NCBI RefSeq assembly: GCF_018977255.1 | Contig: NW_024704743.1 | Span: 12,526,001 to 12,590,000, forward strand | Length of the DNA stretch: 64,000 nucleotides | Direction of reading: 5' to 3' | Source: Callorhinchus milii | Lineage: Eukaryota | Translations under genes and position numbers: made by a program | Shown here: one piece after another, positions 27,962-41,879 of the stretch | How the letters are laid out: the number at the start of each line of letters is the position of its first letter | Position numbering within the stretch: the first letter of the stretch is position 1 | Notes under the pieces: generated by a model | What the model saw: the letters and a program-made list of their open reading frames with translations, nothing else | What the model was told of the DNA's origin: nothing | Database searches by the model: none

Positions 27962-28281
27962 GTGGAGTCCTGTAGCTCAGTGGTTAGAGCACTCGCTTTG
28001 CAAGTGAGAGACCTGAGTTCAATTCCAGGCAGGGCGAAACCTTGGGCAAGTTTCCTTACTCCACACACCTAATAATAATCCCTCCAAAACAAAAAAANCA
28101 ATAATAAATTGGTCATTTTCAATCCATGACTGTTTGTGGGACATTACTGTGCGCAATTGGCTACCGCGTTCACCCACAAATATATAGTCAATTCACTTTA
28201 CAGTGTGTTCTGTGAAGCACTTTGGGACGTCCTCCTGATGTGAAAAGCGCCATATCTAATGCAAGGATTATTATTATTATT
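27962..28281 (+). mobile_element. Representative full-length tRNA-derived DeuSINE-type SINE with L2-like tail
   Basis: A box TAGCTCAGTGG, B box GAGTTCAATTCC, Ala-like TGC loop, Deu-like core gactgtttgtgggac..gtgcgcaattggct, (ATT)n tail. Other copies near 3749(+), 15450(-), 22715(+), 23733(+), 25445(-), 34910(-), 37808(-), 40828(+), 50652(-), 62267(+). Confidence 0.9.
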
Positions 28282-30179
28282 CCTACAGAGAGAGGTAACG
28301 CTATCCATACATTTTCCAGATGAGTGGATGTACTAGTTTCTATCTGTCTTCCCAGTGTGATGCAGTATATTTGGGTATGATTTAAGTTGATGAAAAATGA
28401 AGCTATCTTCTTTCTATCTTCCTGATTTAAACAGTTCTTCTCCAAATCGTTAACACGCTTTTACTTTATCTTAGATGCTGAGTTGACCCCGTTGCGCGTC
28501 TTTAAAGTCTTCTGTTTTGATTTGTGTTGTGATTTGGAGATATTTTGAATTGCCTGTGTCTTTTTCCTCTACCCCCCCCCGGGGGCAACCTGGGCAAAAG
28601 CATTTACAGCAGCTGATAAAAACATTAACTGTGATGGATCGGAAATGCAAATAAAAGAAATTTTAGATCTCACCTCATTCTCACCTCATTTGAATAATCG
28701 CAGAAATTGTGGCGTGTGATCTCCCACAGGATTCAACCGTGTGGAATGGATGAAGATTCCTGAGCAGCATTGTGAAGTTTTCTTTTAAAATAAGTCAATT
28801 CACTTTACACTATATTCTGTGAAATGCTTTGAGACGTCTCAAAGACGTGATAAGGCTCTACATCACATGCAACGATTATTATTACTAAAGTAGTTTAAAG
28901 GTGATTGAACTGTGTACAGAACAAGACTTCTATCCTTCCTACCCATTTTCTAACCCTTTTTCCTCCCTTTGTGCAAGGGTTCTACCTTTCAACGCTTAAA
29001 ATCACTTGGTCTCAATCTGTGACTCATGTCAGTGATTCTTTTGACCATCCATTAGGAGACGTGAGCCTGCCTTTACCCTCCTTTTTTGCCTCCTCTCTGA
29101 GGTCAGGCTCCCAGCTGATTCTGTGAAGCACTTTTGAGATATCTGCTAGGCGTGAAAGGTGCTGTATAACTAAAATTAATTGAGCGATGAGTGCTGTGGG
29201 TTAGGGTGTATGGACCCAATGTTTGTATCTTACCTGTCCATGCAAAGAGATCTGAACATTCTGCCTGACAATTCCTTGCCTCAGACCCAGCACAGTTGGA
29301 GGGTAACCTAGCCTCTCTCCCTCAGTATTCCAGCACCAGCCATATTAACCTACAAATGCTCAGCCACTAGACTTTACAGTAAATTCTGGTGACATGCTTT
29401 GAAATGTGCCAATGATGTGATAGCATATCAAATGCAAGGGCTGTTACAGCCCCTGAGCAGCTGCTTAACATCCTGCCTGGTGTAATTTGGGTTCCTGCCC
29501 ACTCCATTTGACCTCATCTTTGCACCGTTGATTTCCTCCGCTAATGTCTGGTTGCTGGTTGCTCATCCACACTTTCCCATCAAGGCTTGATTACTCCAAC
29601 ACCTTGCTCACTGAATTCCTCAATTCTGCTCTATACAAACTGCAGACTATCCAGAACTTTGTGATCCATGCTCTCCTGCACCAGGCTCCACAAGCTTATT
29701 GTCCCTTGCTCAGTTCTTCTAGCTCTCCATCCCCCAGCCGATCGAATTCAAGCTTCTTGCCCTCCTTTTCAAATGATTCCATGACCTTGCTCCCATTCTA
29801 CCTATGTGACTTAGGTAATAATAATCCTTGCATTTGATATAGCGCCTTATCACATCTTCGAGATGCCTCAAAGCGCTTCATAGGCTACATTGTATACTGT
29901 GTTTTGTGGGCGAAACCTGGCAGCCAATTGAGCCCCGCAGTGTCCCACAAACAGTTGTGCATTGAGTGACCACCCTAATTTTAAGGGATTATATGTTTAT
30001 CTCTATACGTTTTGTATAAAGACTTTCTGTCACCCTACTGGCATCTCCTCTCAGCAAATGCTGGGTTGGTTCATGTCCCCTGCCCACTCTGCCCCATCAT
30101 CAGTGGCCGAGCTATGACATTCTGTCCCGATTCCCTGAAGCTCCATTGTGGGATCATACAGCCTTGCCCTCTCTCCCCA

Positions 30180-30970
30180 ACAACAACAAAATTACAATTG
30201 CATAGCGCCTTTCACGTCGGGAGGATATCCCAAGGTGCTGGACAATCAGTGTTTCGGACCCGAACTGAGGAGGGTGACCAAAGGCATGGTTGAATAGAAG
30301 GATCTTGAGATGGGGCTTGAAGGAGGCGAGGGAGTGGGCAAGGTGGAGGGACTGCAGGATGGAGTTCCAGAGGGTGAGGGCAGACTGGCTGATGGCCCTC
30401 CCGCCAATGGTGGGGTAGGCGAAGCCCGCTGAGCTGAGGGAGCGGGCAGGTTGGTAGGGGGTTAGGAGGTCTTAGAGCGCTTTGAAGGTGAGGACCAGTA
30501 TCCTCCCTGATGGGAAGCCAGTGGAGTCGGGTGAGAATGGAGGTGATAGGGTCATGGAGCCTGGTGCGGGAGAGTGCGAGAGAACACAGCCTGCAGAGTT
30601 CTGGATGATCTACTGCCTATGGAGGGAGGAGTTAGGGAAGCCGACAAGCAGTCAAGCCTGGATGTTATCAATGCGTGTATGAGGGTTTCGATGGCCTGTG
30701 CTGTGAGACAGTGGCGGAACCGGGCGATGTTGCGGAGGTGAGGGAAGGCAGAGCGGGTCATGACATGGATGTGGGGTAGAAAGGATAGTTGAAGGTCAAA
30801 CAAGACCCCAAGCTTCCGGACTGGCTTAGCAAGGTGGAGTGTGCATCCAGGGCAGGTGATGCCTGAGGTGTGGAGGCGCTGACGGGAGCCAATCAGGAGA
30901 GCCTCAGTCTTGTTGACGTTCAACTGAAGAAAGTTAGCTCTCATCCAGGACTTGATGTCTGACAGACATC
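30180..30970 (-). mobile_element. L2 LINE 3' fragment
   Basis: MRANFLQLNVNKTEALLIGS (ORF 30552..30944) and L2 tail. Confidence 0.85.
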
Positions 30971-33900
30971 ACCTCTACCACCATGCTTTCGGCCATCTTT
31001 CCCTCCTCAATTTCCCCCTCCCACTTCCAACTTTGCACTTTGAAATGTCTTCTCAATGTGAAAAGTACTATGTACATGAAATTTGTGGGTGCCAGAGACT
31101 TTGACTGTGTGCCAGAAATAATGTCTGTGTATGTGCATGCTCAAGCCACAAATGTGGGTGTGCCAGAGACAGTATATTCCAGAGAAAATCAATAACAGTG
31201 AATGACAGAAAATGCATGTGGTTCAATGCAGAGAGTGTCTGTGTATGCTTGTGTGTGAGAAACCAAGGGCTGGGAGAGATGGTGGGGTTGTTGAGAGTTC
31301 AGATGACTGCCTTCATGCCTAGTACAATGGCTGTTTTTGCACTAGAAAGTGGGCTAATTTACATTTTTTAAAAAAAAAGTTTTTTTGCGTGGATGTATGA
31401 AGCAGAGCTGCTCCCAATATGCAGAGCAATCACTTACTGGGTCATTCTAGGGGACAATATAAGTGAGTCCAACAACAGAATGTCTGAGCTGGCGTTCTTT
31501 CACGTCAGGATTAAAAGCTGACATTGTTCTTGGTGATCACATTTGTTGCTGACCACGTTGAAAGCGGAAGATTGAATTTCACATTTGACACTGAGGTGCA
31601 TGTCTAGTTAACGGGCTGGAATTTTGCCCTGGGCAAATGTACAGAATCTTGAGTGAATAAATCTCTCAACCACTAGTTTATCAAAACACTCAGGCTGTAT
31701 AAAGTCTCTGCTACCTACTTTTACATCAGTCATTACATTTGAATGGTTACAACAACTGCAACGTATATAGCAAGTTGCTGTTTTATTTATTTTTAGTAAA
31801 TAATAATTGTAATAGTATAAATCCAAGTGCTATTGCAAATTTTGCAGCCACTCTGTGCTGGCAAAGTACTCACAATTAATCTGAAAATTTGGAGGTGAAT
31901 TGAAACAATGCTCTGGATTCATTCATCTTAACCTTTTCTTCACAAAGTTAGAAATATCAGTAAATGCATCTTATTTCAACACTTTGTTTTTCACCAGTAG
32001 AAACTCACATTAGTCTCCATTTGCAGTTTGGCACATGGCCCGTTGTACCATACTGCACTATGGAGACTACTGGAACATTCCAGCTGGCAGTCTAGATTTA
32101 CTCTTATTGAAAACAGCATTTCCAAGTTCATCTTGAAAAAACCTACAGAAACTGGCCTCAAAATTAAAGAACATAATTTAAGAATTTTACAAATTCTGCA
32201 TGCTCTGAAATGTTATATTTATCGAGTAAACGTGTCAGCCTCACTCAGTCAGTAGCTTTCCCTCCTCTAAATCAGAAGTTTGTGGATTCAAGCACTACAT
32301 CGGAACTTTGAACTCAGTCTAGGCTGACAATCCAATGCAGTGCTATGGGTATGCTGCTTTGACTGGAGTGCTGTCTTTTGGACGAGATGACAATCCGAGG
32401 TCCCGTCTGCTTGTTGAGGTGGACATTAAAAGATCTCATGGCACTATTCAAAAAGAGAAGTTTCTTCCGGTGTCCTGGCCAACAATCCTCCAGATGAAAT
32501 GTGTCATTCACTCAATGGCTGGCTGTGGAACATTACACAAATGGGCTGCAGTGTTCGCCTACAAAAACACAGTCACTCCAGTTAATTCTGTGAATCGCTT
32601 TGAGACGTATTGCTGATGTGAAAGGCTGTACTAAATGTAATGGTCTTGCTCCTCCCTATCTCTGTAATCTCCTCCAGCTCTATTCTGCCTATATCCTCTG
32701 CTCCCCGAATTCTGGTCGTTGCTTGTTCCTCATTCCGTCCATCCAACTCTGTGCCCTTGCCTTCCGCAACTCTCTCCCAGCTTCCTTTAGCTTCCTTGTT
32801 CCTGCCTTAAAATCCCTCCTAAAAAGCATATCAATTGTGCTTTACATCAACTTTATTAACTCTCCTTTCTTACTCCCTTCTCGGTGCTCCGCATCATATC
32901 TCTGTTAAGTGTTTTGAAATGGAAAGGAGCTTAAATCTAGCCTTAATTTGGAAGAAGATTTCTTTTTATTATTTTGCTACACGTCCCCGCGCTCTCCACC
33001 CAACAATTGGTGGCACAGCCTTTAGATGCCAAGCCATTAACCTCTAGAACTCCCTCCCTCTTCCCCTCTGTTCAGCGTTCTGAGACGCTACATAGGGTAA
33101 AGCATGTTATATAAATATACAATGTTGTGACTGATTTCTAAATCGTGACTGAATTCAAGAATTTTCCATGATTCTTAGTGATCTCAAATTTAAATTGATT
33201 TAATTGAAATTAAATTACAGGTGGAATTTTGAGTCTGTTCTCCCGAGGCCTGGTATGCTTGTGACTACACTGTAAACCTGTCCCTAACAGTGCAGGAATG
33301 AGGCTCATACAGATTTCATTACAACAACAATAACTTGTGTTTAAATAGCAACCTTCAAACGGGGTAGCAACTCAGAGCACTTAACAATTGCAGAGCTTGA
33401 TGCCGAGCCAGAAACGGTGTTAGAAGAAGGTCTTCAAGTGTGATCTGAAGACAGGGCAAGGCGAAGGGGTTGAGGCAGCATTGATTGATTACAGTGCGTC
33501 CTGTGAAGCTCTTTGAGATGTTCTCCTGATGTGCGCTGTATCAAATGTAAGGATTATTATTTTAGAAGACCTTTGTTATGCCAACGATGTTATATTACTG
33601 CACTAGAATATATTACCACAATAAAACCTTTTTGCAATTTTAAATAAAACATTTGAAAACTTTGCTCCTGTTTCGCCTCCAATCTTTTCCTTTTTCCACT
33701 TATTGTCAGGTGTCAGAAGGTTCTGGAGTCAAGCCCCATGCTGTAATTTGTTGTTGTTTGAGCTCAGAGTACAGGCTGGCACTAGAGAGCTGCATTGTCG
33801 GAGGTGCCGTCCTTCTGATGTGATGGTAAAACGAGGTTGCCTGTTCAGGCATACGTTAAAGATCCACTAATTGAAAACAGTAGGGAGTTTTTTTCCTGTC

Positions 33901-35699
33901 CAGCAATCCCTAAATAAAATTGGTCATTCACTTCATGGCTGTTTGTGGGACATTGCTGCATGCAAATTGGCTGCCATGTTCAAAGACAAGCACAGCGTCA
34001 CTACCCTTCACAGGAAATCCTGACTCAGAAGTGAGAGTGCTAGCAACTGAGCCAGACTGACACACAACAGGCTAATTAACAGTTAGAGAAGCTAATGCTG
34101 AATCTGGATGAGGCATTGGTTAGGTCTCACTACGCAGTTTGGACAACACAGAGGAGAGCAAGAAGGAATAATCCCGAATGTCAGAGGCTGAGCTATGAGC
34201 AATGATTAGATAATTCCATTAAAAAGAGACATTTTCCACCCCACTCCCTTGGAGCAAACCCTGGACTTGTCCCCCTGGGATGTCCTCCCAACATTTAAAG
34301 CGCTATGTAAATGTAAATTTGTATTGTATTCTATCTTAGTGGAGAATTTATATAAGATTCTAAATGAGATTAGGAATGTAAACCCACAACAATCCTTTCA
34401 GATATGCCGAGGCAGCAGAACAAGGGGGCCACAGGTTCAGGGTTAAAGGACAACTTCAGGCTAGATAGCAGAAAGTATTTTATTTATATAGAGGGTAATT
34501 ACAACAACAAACATTTATATAGTGCCCTTCAGGTGGGGTAGGGTCTTGGAGCACTTAACAGTGGTGGAGCTTGACACTGAGGTGGGTGGGAAAGGGGAGG
34601 TAACTGTAGGCACAGTCAAAGAGGAAAGTATTCAAATGCAATCTGATGATTGACTAGGAGGGGACAAGGCAAAGCGATTGAGTCAGAGTTCTACAGTTTC
34701 AGTATGTAGGACCTGAAAGCATGTCCGCCGATGGTGGAGCGGAGGGGATGAGGGACGTGCGGGAGACTGGTGCCAGTTGTTTGGCAGGTAGAGGAGTGGG
34801 GCAGTTAGAGGAGTGGGGTATAAATAGGACGGAGAGGTAGGGGTTGCCAGGGCATCAAGTGATTTGTAGAAGCCTAGCCAACAATCCTCCAGACAACATC
34901 TACACTATATAATAATAATCCTTGCATTTGATATAGCACCTTATCATGTTGTTGAGACATCTCAAAGCGCTTCACAGAATATACAGTAAAATAAATTGAC
35001 TATATTTTGTGGGTGAAACACAGCAGCCTATTGAATACAGCCATATCTCACAGTCGTGGATTGAGTGACCAAATAATTATTATTTTTGAAGGGATTATTG
35101 AAAGGGATCTACCAATCGACTGACAACTGGGTTCCTTCTTACTGCTAGGTAAACAGGCGTGCCTAAGGTTTTGCCCTGTCTGGGATTTGAACACAGGCAG
35201 CCTCCCTCTTGCCAGGCGAGTACCAATACGCTGCAGGATTCCAATTATCTTCCAATTGCAAGGATGATTATTATTATTATTATTAATTTCATGGCTGTTT
35301 GTGAGACATTGTTGTGCACAAGTTGGCTGCCACGTTCACCTAAAAATACAGTTACTATACTGTAAATTCTGTGAAGCGCTTTACATGAAAAGTACTGTAT
35401 CAAATCCAAGGATTATTATTATGACTAAGTGAATTACCACAATATTTGGAAGATTTAATTGTTAATGTTCAAACATCTTGAGGGTAGATTTCTCCACAGA
35501 TCCTCTCTCCAGGGACCTAAGTTCCACTTTTCATAAGCTCTAGCTCATAGACTACACTCTCTGTTTCACTGTTGGTAATTCTTTTCATGGCTTAGGCTGA
35601 CACTCCAATACAGTGATGAGGGAAGCTGCATTGTTAGAAATGTTGTCCATTCGATGAGACATTAAACGTGGAGTCCTTTAGCTCAATAGTTGGAGCACT

Positions 35700-37253
35700 C
35701 CTCTGGCTCTGTTCCCATTCCCCTCAAAACTGCTACCATCACTCCCACACTGAAAAAACCCTCCTTTGATGTGTCGCAGCTATCAAGCTACCGGCCCATC
35801 TCCAACCTCCCCTTCCTGTCCAAGGTTCTTGAAAAAGTCGTCGCCTCCCAGCTGCGCTCTTTCCTCTCCATCCATTCATTATTCGAAACCCTTCAGTCAG
35901 GTTTCCGTGCTGCCCATAGCACAGAAACCGCCCTGGTCAAGGTCACTAATGACATCTTGACCATCTGTGACCAGGGCTCCCTCTGCTTCCTCGTCCTCCT
36001 CAACCTATCAGCAGCATTCGATATGGTCGACCACTCTGTCCTCCTCCACCACTTGTCCTCCCACCTCAACCTTCAAGGCCCTGTTCTTGAGTGGTTTAGG
36101 TCCTACCTCTCCCACCGTCTTCATTTTGTCTCCGCTAACGTTTTTTTCTCCAGCCTCCGCACTGTCTTGTGCGGTGTCCCTCAGGGCTCTGTCCTCGGTC
36201 CCCTCCTCTTCACCTGCTGTATGCTCCCCCTGTGGTGACATCATCCGCAGACATGCGGATGACACCCAACTCTACCTCTCCTCCTCTACCCTCAACTCCA
36301 CGACCACCGATGTCCTGACAGCTGCCTGTGCGACATCGAGTCCTGGACAAGAGACAACTTTCTTCAGCTCAATGTGCGCAAAACTGAGGCCCTCCTGATT
36401 GGTTCGCATCAGCGCCTCTGCACCTCAGGCGCTGACAGCATCAGCATCCAAGGCTGCACTCTCCACCTCTCAAAGCCAATCAGGAACCTCGGGGTTCTGT
36501 TCGACCCTGAGCTGTCCTTTCTTCCCCACATCCGCGCCACAACTGGTACCGCCTTCCACCACCTCCGGAACATCGCCAGACTACGGCACTACCTCACCCC
36601 TCACGCTGCTGAAACCCTGGTCCACGCCTTTATTACCTCAAGGCTGGACTATGGGAACTCTCTCCTCGCCGGCCTTCCCGCCACCTCCCTCCACAAGCTG
36701 CAGGTCATTCAGAACTCTGCAGCTCATGTACTGTCCCGCACCAGGCTTCGGGACCACATCACTCCCACCCTCGCTCGCCTCCACTGGCTCCCCATCCCCC
36801 AGAGGATCGAATTCAAGATCCTCATCCTCACCTACAAGGCCATTCACGGCCTTGCTCCCTCCTACCTCTCCGACCTACTATCCCCCTACTTACCTGCCCA
36901 TACCCTCCGTTCCTCTGGCTCCGGTCTGCTCCACATCCCCCGCCCTAACCGCCCTACCATCGGTGGCCGGGCCTTCAGCCTCTCAGCCCCTAGGCTCTGG
37001 AACTCCATTCCCCAGTGCCTTCACCGCCTCCTCCCTTTCCTCCTTCAAGGCCGGTCTCAAGACCTTTCTCTTCAACCGAGCCTTCACCTCCCCTCTCGAC
37101 TGTCTACCCCCTCCTCACTCCCTCCCTTCCCTCCCCTCACCCTGACCATTGCCCCCCTGCTCGGGTCCGACCCAACTGTCCAGCGCCTTGGGACGTTCTC
37201 CCGACGTGAAAGGCGCTCTATAAATGCAATCTTCTTGTTGTTGTTGTTGTTGT
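35700..37253 (+). mobile_element. Young 5'-truncated L2 LINE (RT domain, 3' UTR, (TTG)n tail)
   Basis: [51 protein letters not shown]; few frameshifts. Confidence 0.95.
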
Positions 37254-38447
37254 TTCATTCCTTGGGCAAACCTTGGGCAAGTTTGCTTACACCACACACC
37301 TGATAATAATCCCTCAAGAGAAAAAAATAATAACAATTTGGTCACTCAATCCACGACTGTTTGTGGGACACTGCTGTGTGCAATTGGCTGCCGTGTTTTA
37401 CCCACAAAATATATAGTCAATTCACTGTACAGTGTATTCTGTGAAGCACTTTGAGACGTCTAGAAGACGTGAAAAGCGCTATATCAAATGCAAGTATTAT
37501 TATTATTAAACTGAGCTCCCATCTGCCTGGTTAGCTGGACATTAAGGCACTTACAGCACTATTGGGGAGGAGAAGACAATTTTTCCCACGAACTGGCTAA
37601 CAATCCTCCAAATAAAATCAACCATTTACTTTGTGGCTGTTTGCTGGTCAGTGTTGCAAGCAACATACACAGTCACTACACTTTACAGTGAAATGCTATA
37701 AAGTGCTTGACGACATCCTCCTATCATGAAAGGCGCTGTATCAAATCAAAGGAACCGTCAAACCTCACACTGCAATGCTACAACTATTATATATTCCTTA
37801 TAATATAATAATAATCCTTGCATTTGACGTCTTCTAGACATCCCAAAGCACTTCACAAAATGTACTGTAAAGTGAATTGACTATATATTTTGTGGCAGCC
37901 AATTGCGCACACCAGTGTCCCACAAACAGTCGTGGATTGAAGTGACCAATTTAATTTTTTTTTCTTGAGGGATTATTATCAGGCATGTGTAGTAAGGAAA
38001 CTTGCCCAAGGTTTTGCTCTGCCAGCATCGAACTCAGGTTTCTCGCTTGCTAGGCGAGTGCTCTAACTACTGAGCTACAGGATTCCTTCCCTGTTTAGAT
38101 CATAAGAATATAAGAATTGCTAGATGAAAGAAGACCAAGATCCATCCAGTTTGCCTTCCAACTGTCATATCCCAGATTATATACTGTATCCTGAGAAATT
38201 ATTTCCTAAAATAAATCTAATTTGTTCTTAGTTCTTCAAAGATACATGTTAAAAAGTCTCTCCCAAGTTATTACCTGTATTCAGTTCCAATGTAAAGCCG
38301 TTATTTTCCGACTGTTTTTTTGCGCTCGGATTACACTTTACTCTGTCAAATGTTAGCATGTTGGCAGTACTTTCCTGAATCAATGCATCACTCGCCAGCA
38401 GATTAAACTCACTGAATGAGGGGCCTAATCCTCCCAAATCCCTCCCA

Positions 38448-38613
38448 GCAATTCCTTTGTCAGGCCGTCTGCGTGAACTACAAAGCCACTGAATCAGCAG
38501 AACGTATTTCCCAATGGTTTTGTTTGTCCAGCAAAACTTTTCAGCCTCATGTTGCAATTTTATTGATGAGCAAGTCTCGCGAGAGAGATGCTCATGGCCC
38601 CAGGAGTATATAT
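38448..38613 (+). promoter_or_regulatory. Putative CRYGN lens promoter: SOX-like site, MARE-like site, TATA box
   Basis: ATTCCTTTGTC near 38451; CACTGAATCAGCA at 38487-38499 (reverse complement TGCTGATTCAGTG, MARE-like); TATATAT at 38607-38613, about 80 nt before the ATG. Confidence 0.55.
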
Positions 38614-38686
38614 TGGGGTGTCCAATTTTTCTTTGGTGTCAAAGCATTCTGGCATTTAGTTCTGTTGGACACAATCCAGTAGCAAC

Positions 38687-38707
38687 ATGTCACAGTATTC
38701 TGGCAAG
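38687..38707 (+). CDS. CRYGN: Gamma-N crystallin exon 1 (MSQYSGK)
   Basis: caacATG start, |gtgagt donor; N-terminal arm typical of fish gammaN; phase 0 joins exon 2. Confidence 0.9.
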
Positions 38708-39834
38708 GTGAGTAGCCAGCAAATTCACTTCTGTTCTTTTTTATTTGAAAACTTTACTATTGATACTAGGAATGAGGGACTTCAGTTATGTGGAGAGACT
38801 AGAGAGGCTGGGATTGTTCTCCTTAGAGCAGAGAAGGTTGAGGGGAGATTTAATAGATGTGTTCAAACTTATGAGGGGTTTTGATAAGAATAAATAAGGA
38901 GAAGTTTCCACTAGTGGGTGGTCTGGAACACACTGCCTGAAAGGGTGGTGCAAGCAGATTCATTCAACAATAACTTTCTAAAGGGAATTGTATATATACT
39001 TGAAAAGATAAATAAAAATTGCAGAGCTATGGGGAATGTGGTGGTGGTTGGGGACTATTCGGTAGCTCTTTCAAAGAGCCGACACAGGCATGATGGGCCA
39101 AATGACCTCCATCTGCGCTGTAAGAATCTATGATTCTATTGTTTATAATATAGATATGATACGCAGAGCAAATTTTGCTCAGGCATAGAACGTTTGCAGA
39201 GTGTTGTAAATGGACTTTGCTCAGATCATCAGCACAGTTACTGTTAAGAGCTACTCCTTTGACAACTTGTGTTCAATTTGGCTTCAGTACGGACTGTGAT
39301 GGGAGTAATTGGAGAGTAGAGGGGGTGGCTAATTTAACAGATTTTTGTTTTGGTCAGGTGGGTGTCTGACGCATATGAAAACCCATCATCAACCTCCAAA
39401 CTAGACTGAGAGTCCCAAATACGTTTGTCATCTACGCATGGAAATTCCCATGTGTCTGGAATGGAATCCAATGAGACAATCCCACTTACCTAATTCTGAG
39501 AGTATCAGGGGCAGGTTGGCAAGAGCCAAGGCTTGGGGATCCCAGAGAGTGTGTTGGGGTACTGTAACTCTTTCTCAAAGCGTTTCACAGAATATACTGT
39601 AAAGTGAATTGACTGTATATTTTGTGGGCGAAACATACCGTCCCCCATCACAGCATCAAGCTGCTTTTTAAATAATATCAGCCTGGCTCAGTTGGTAACA
39701 CTCTCGCCTCTGAGTCAGAAGGTTGTGGGTTCAACCCCCACTTTGGGGACTTTGAACTCACACAGTTCACACCGGCTGCATCGGTGGTGGGGGTGGGGGG
39801 AGAGTGATGCAGAGTTGAGTGCTGATGAGAGAAC

Positions 39835-40290
39835 ACAACAAATTGCATTTATATAACGTCTTTCACATCGGGAGGATGTCCCAAGGCGCTGGACAGTCAA
39901 GAGTTTGCCCCTGAGCTGTGGGCTGAAATCAAGAGGGGTGGAGAGCAAGGTGGGTGGTGATGGGAAGATGACCAAAGGCACTTTCGAAGAGGAACGTCTT
40001 GAGATGGGCCTTGAAGGAGGCAAGAGAGGGGGCAAGGTGGATGTGCTCCAGGATGGAGTCAGAAGGTGGTTACAAAAAGGCTAAAGGTCCAACATTCGAT
40101 GGTGAAGTGGGCAGGGCTGGGGTCGTGGAGCAGGCCAGTATCTGCTGAGTGGGGGGAGCGAACAGGTTGGTAAGGTTTTAGGAGGTCCTAGAGGTAAGGC
40201 GTAGCAAGACCGTGGAGACCTTTAAAGCTAAGGACATAGATTTTATGAATCCTCTGGGAGATGGGGAGCCAGTGAAGGATGGAGGTGATT
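39835..40290 (-). mobile_element. L2 3' fragment inserted in a SacSINE1-like SINE (head 39680-39780, body resumes near 40300)
   Basis: L2 hairpin tail; flanked by collinear SINE halves. Confidence 0.75.
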
Positions 40291-41879
40291 GGTGTTAATC
40301 TAACATCCCTCCTGCCTGTTCAGGTTAAAGATGTTAAAGATCCCGTGGCACTATTCAAAAATAATTTCTCCTGGAGTCCTGGGGAACCATCGACTAGATA
40401 AAATCATTCATCCACTGCATGGCTGTTTGGTTTTTGGATATTGGTTTTACGCAAATTGGTTGCTGCGTTCATCTACAAAACACACAGTTACCTTACAGGG
40501 AATCCTGTGAAGTGACTTGAGACATCTTCCTGATGTGAAAGGCCCTGTATCAAATGCAAAGATTATTATGATTATTTTTATGTTGAATGTTAGCCTTATA
40601 TAATGTTAGCTCCATATATTGTCAGCTCATTGGGACCAATGAAATGTCTTCTCTCAGCAACAGCTTCAAACTGTTCTCTGAGGCTACTGCAATACATAGA
40701 ATTACATAGACTGTACAGCACTGATTTGGTTACTTAAACATGGTGAATGGTTCTGCACGTAGCTGACTTCCCAAAAAACAATGAAACAGGCCATTTGGCC
40801 CAACTAATCCATTCCAGTGTTTATACTCTGGAGTGCTGTAGCGTAGTCGGTAACGTGCTAGCCTTGCAAGCAAGAAAACCTGGGTTTGATTCCCGGGCGG
40901 GGCAAAACCTTAAACAAGTTTCCTTACTCCACACATCTCTGTTTACCTAGCAGTAAGCAGGAACTCAGTTGTTAGTCAATTGGTGGATTACTTTGCAAGG
41001 GTAATAATCCATCAAAAAAAATGTGGTCACTCAATCTACAACTGTTTGTGGGCATCTCTGTGCGCAATTGGCTGCTGCGTTTCGCCCATAAAATATACAG
41101 TCTTTACAATATATTTCCTTGAAGAACTTTGAGACATTTCAATGACATGATAAGGTGCTATATCAAATGCAAGGATGATTATTCTCCACACAATCCCTTA
41201 TCCGTCCTGTTCCCCTCTCCTGTACCCCTCCATGTCCTTCTCCCTCATTTATGCATTGAGTTTCCTCTTAAACTTATTGACACTTTCTGCTACAAATCAC
41301 AGCTTCTGACAGTATGTTCTACATTTTACCTCAGCCTCAGCCACGTTCATTTTAAATTCTCTTTTACATCTGCTACTGGCTATTGTACGCTTCTTTAGTT
41401 TAGGCCTCACCGACAAGTGGACACAGCCTATTTATGGCTATTGATGTAGGGGGGGATCTACCTTCAGAAACAGAGAATGATAGTTATAGCAGGACAACCA
41501 AGCTCCACTAGGTGCAGGAACTCCAATTCCATGGATTCCTAGGAGGATTCTCAAACACCAAGCCAGAGAGGCGTAGAAATTTACAGCAACACCACTTTAC
41601 AGTATATCCTGTGAAATGTTTTGAGACATCTCGATGACATAAATAAGGCACTGTAGCAAATAGAAGGCTTATTATTATTTTACGTTATTCACTGACCATG
41701 AGCCAATCTCATAATATCAGCTCACAGGAATTCTTTTCTTTCTTACACAAATCTGCCCCTTTTCGCCCACAAATATACAGTCAATTCACTTTACAGCATA
41801 TTCTGTGAAGCGCTTTGAGACGTCTAGAAGACGTGAAAAGCACTATATCAAATGCAAGGATTATTATTATTATTAAATC

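Noticed and set aside
27964..28035. tRNA-Ala gene (and similar heads elsewhere)
   Set aside because: Continues directly into SINE core and tail and lacks a proper acceptor stem; these are SINE heads.
35690..37303. Active autonomous L2 or a host RT gene
   Set aside because: 5'-truncated with no endonuclease, frameshifted, and the YADD region is damaged.
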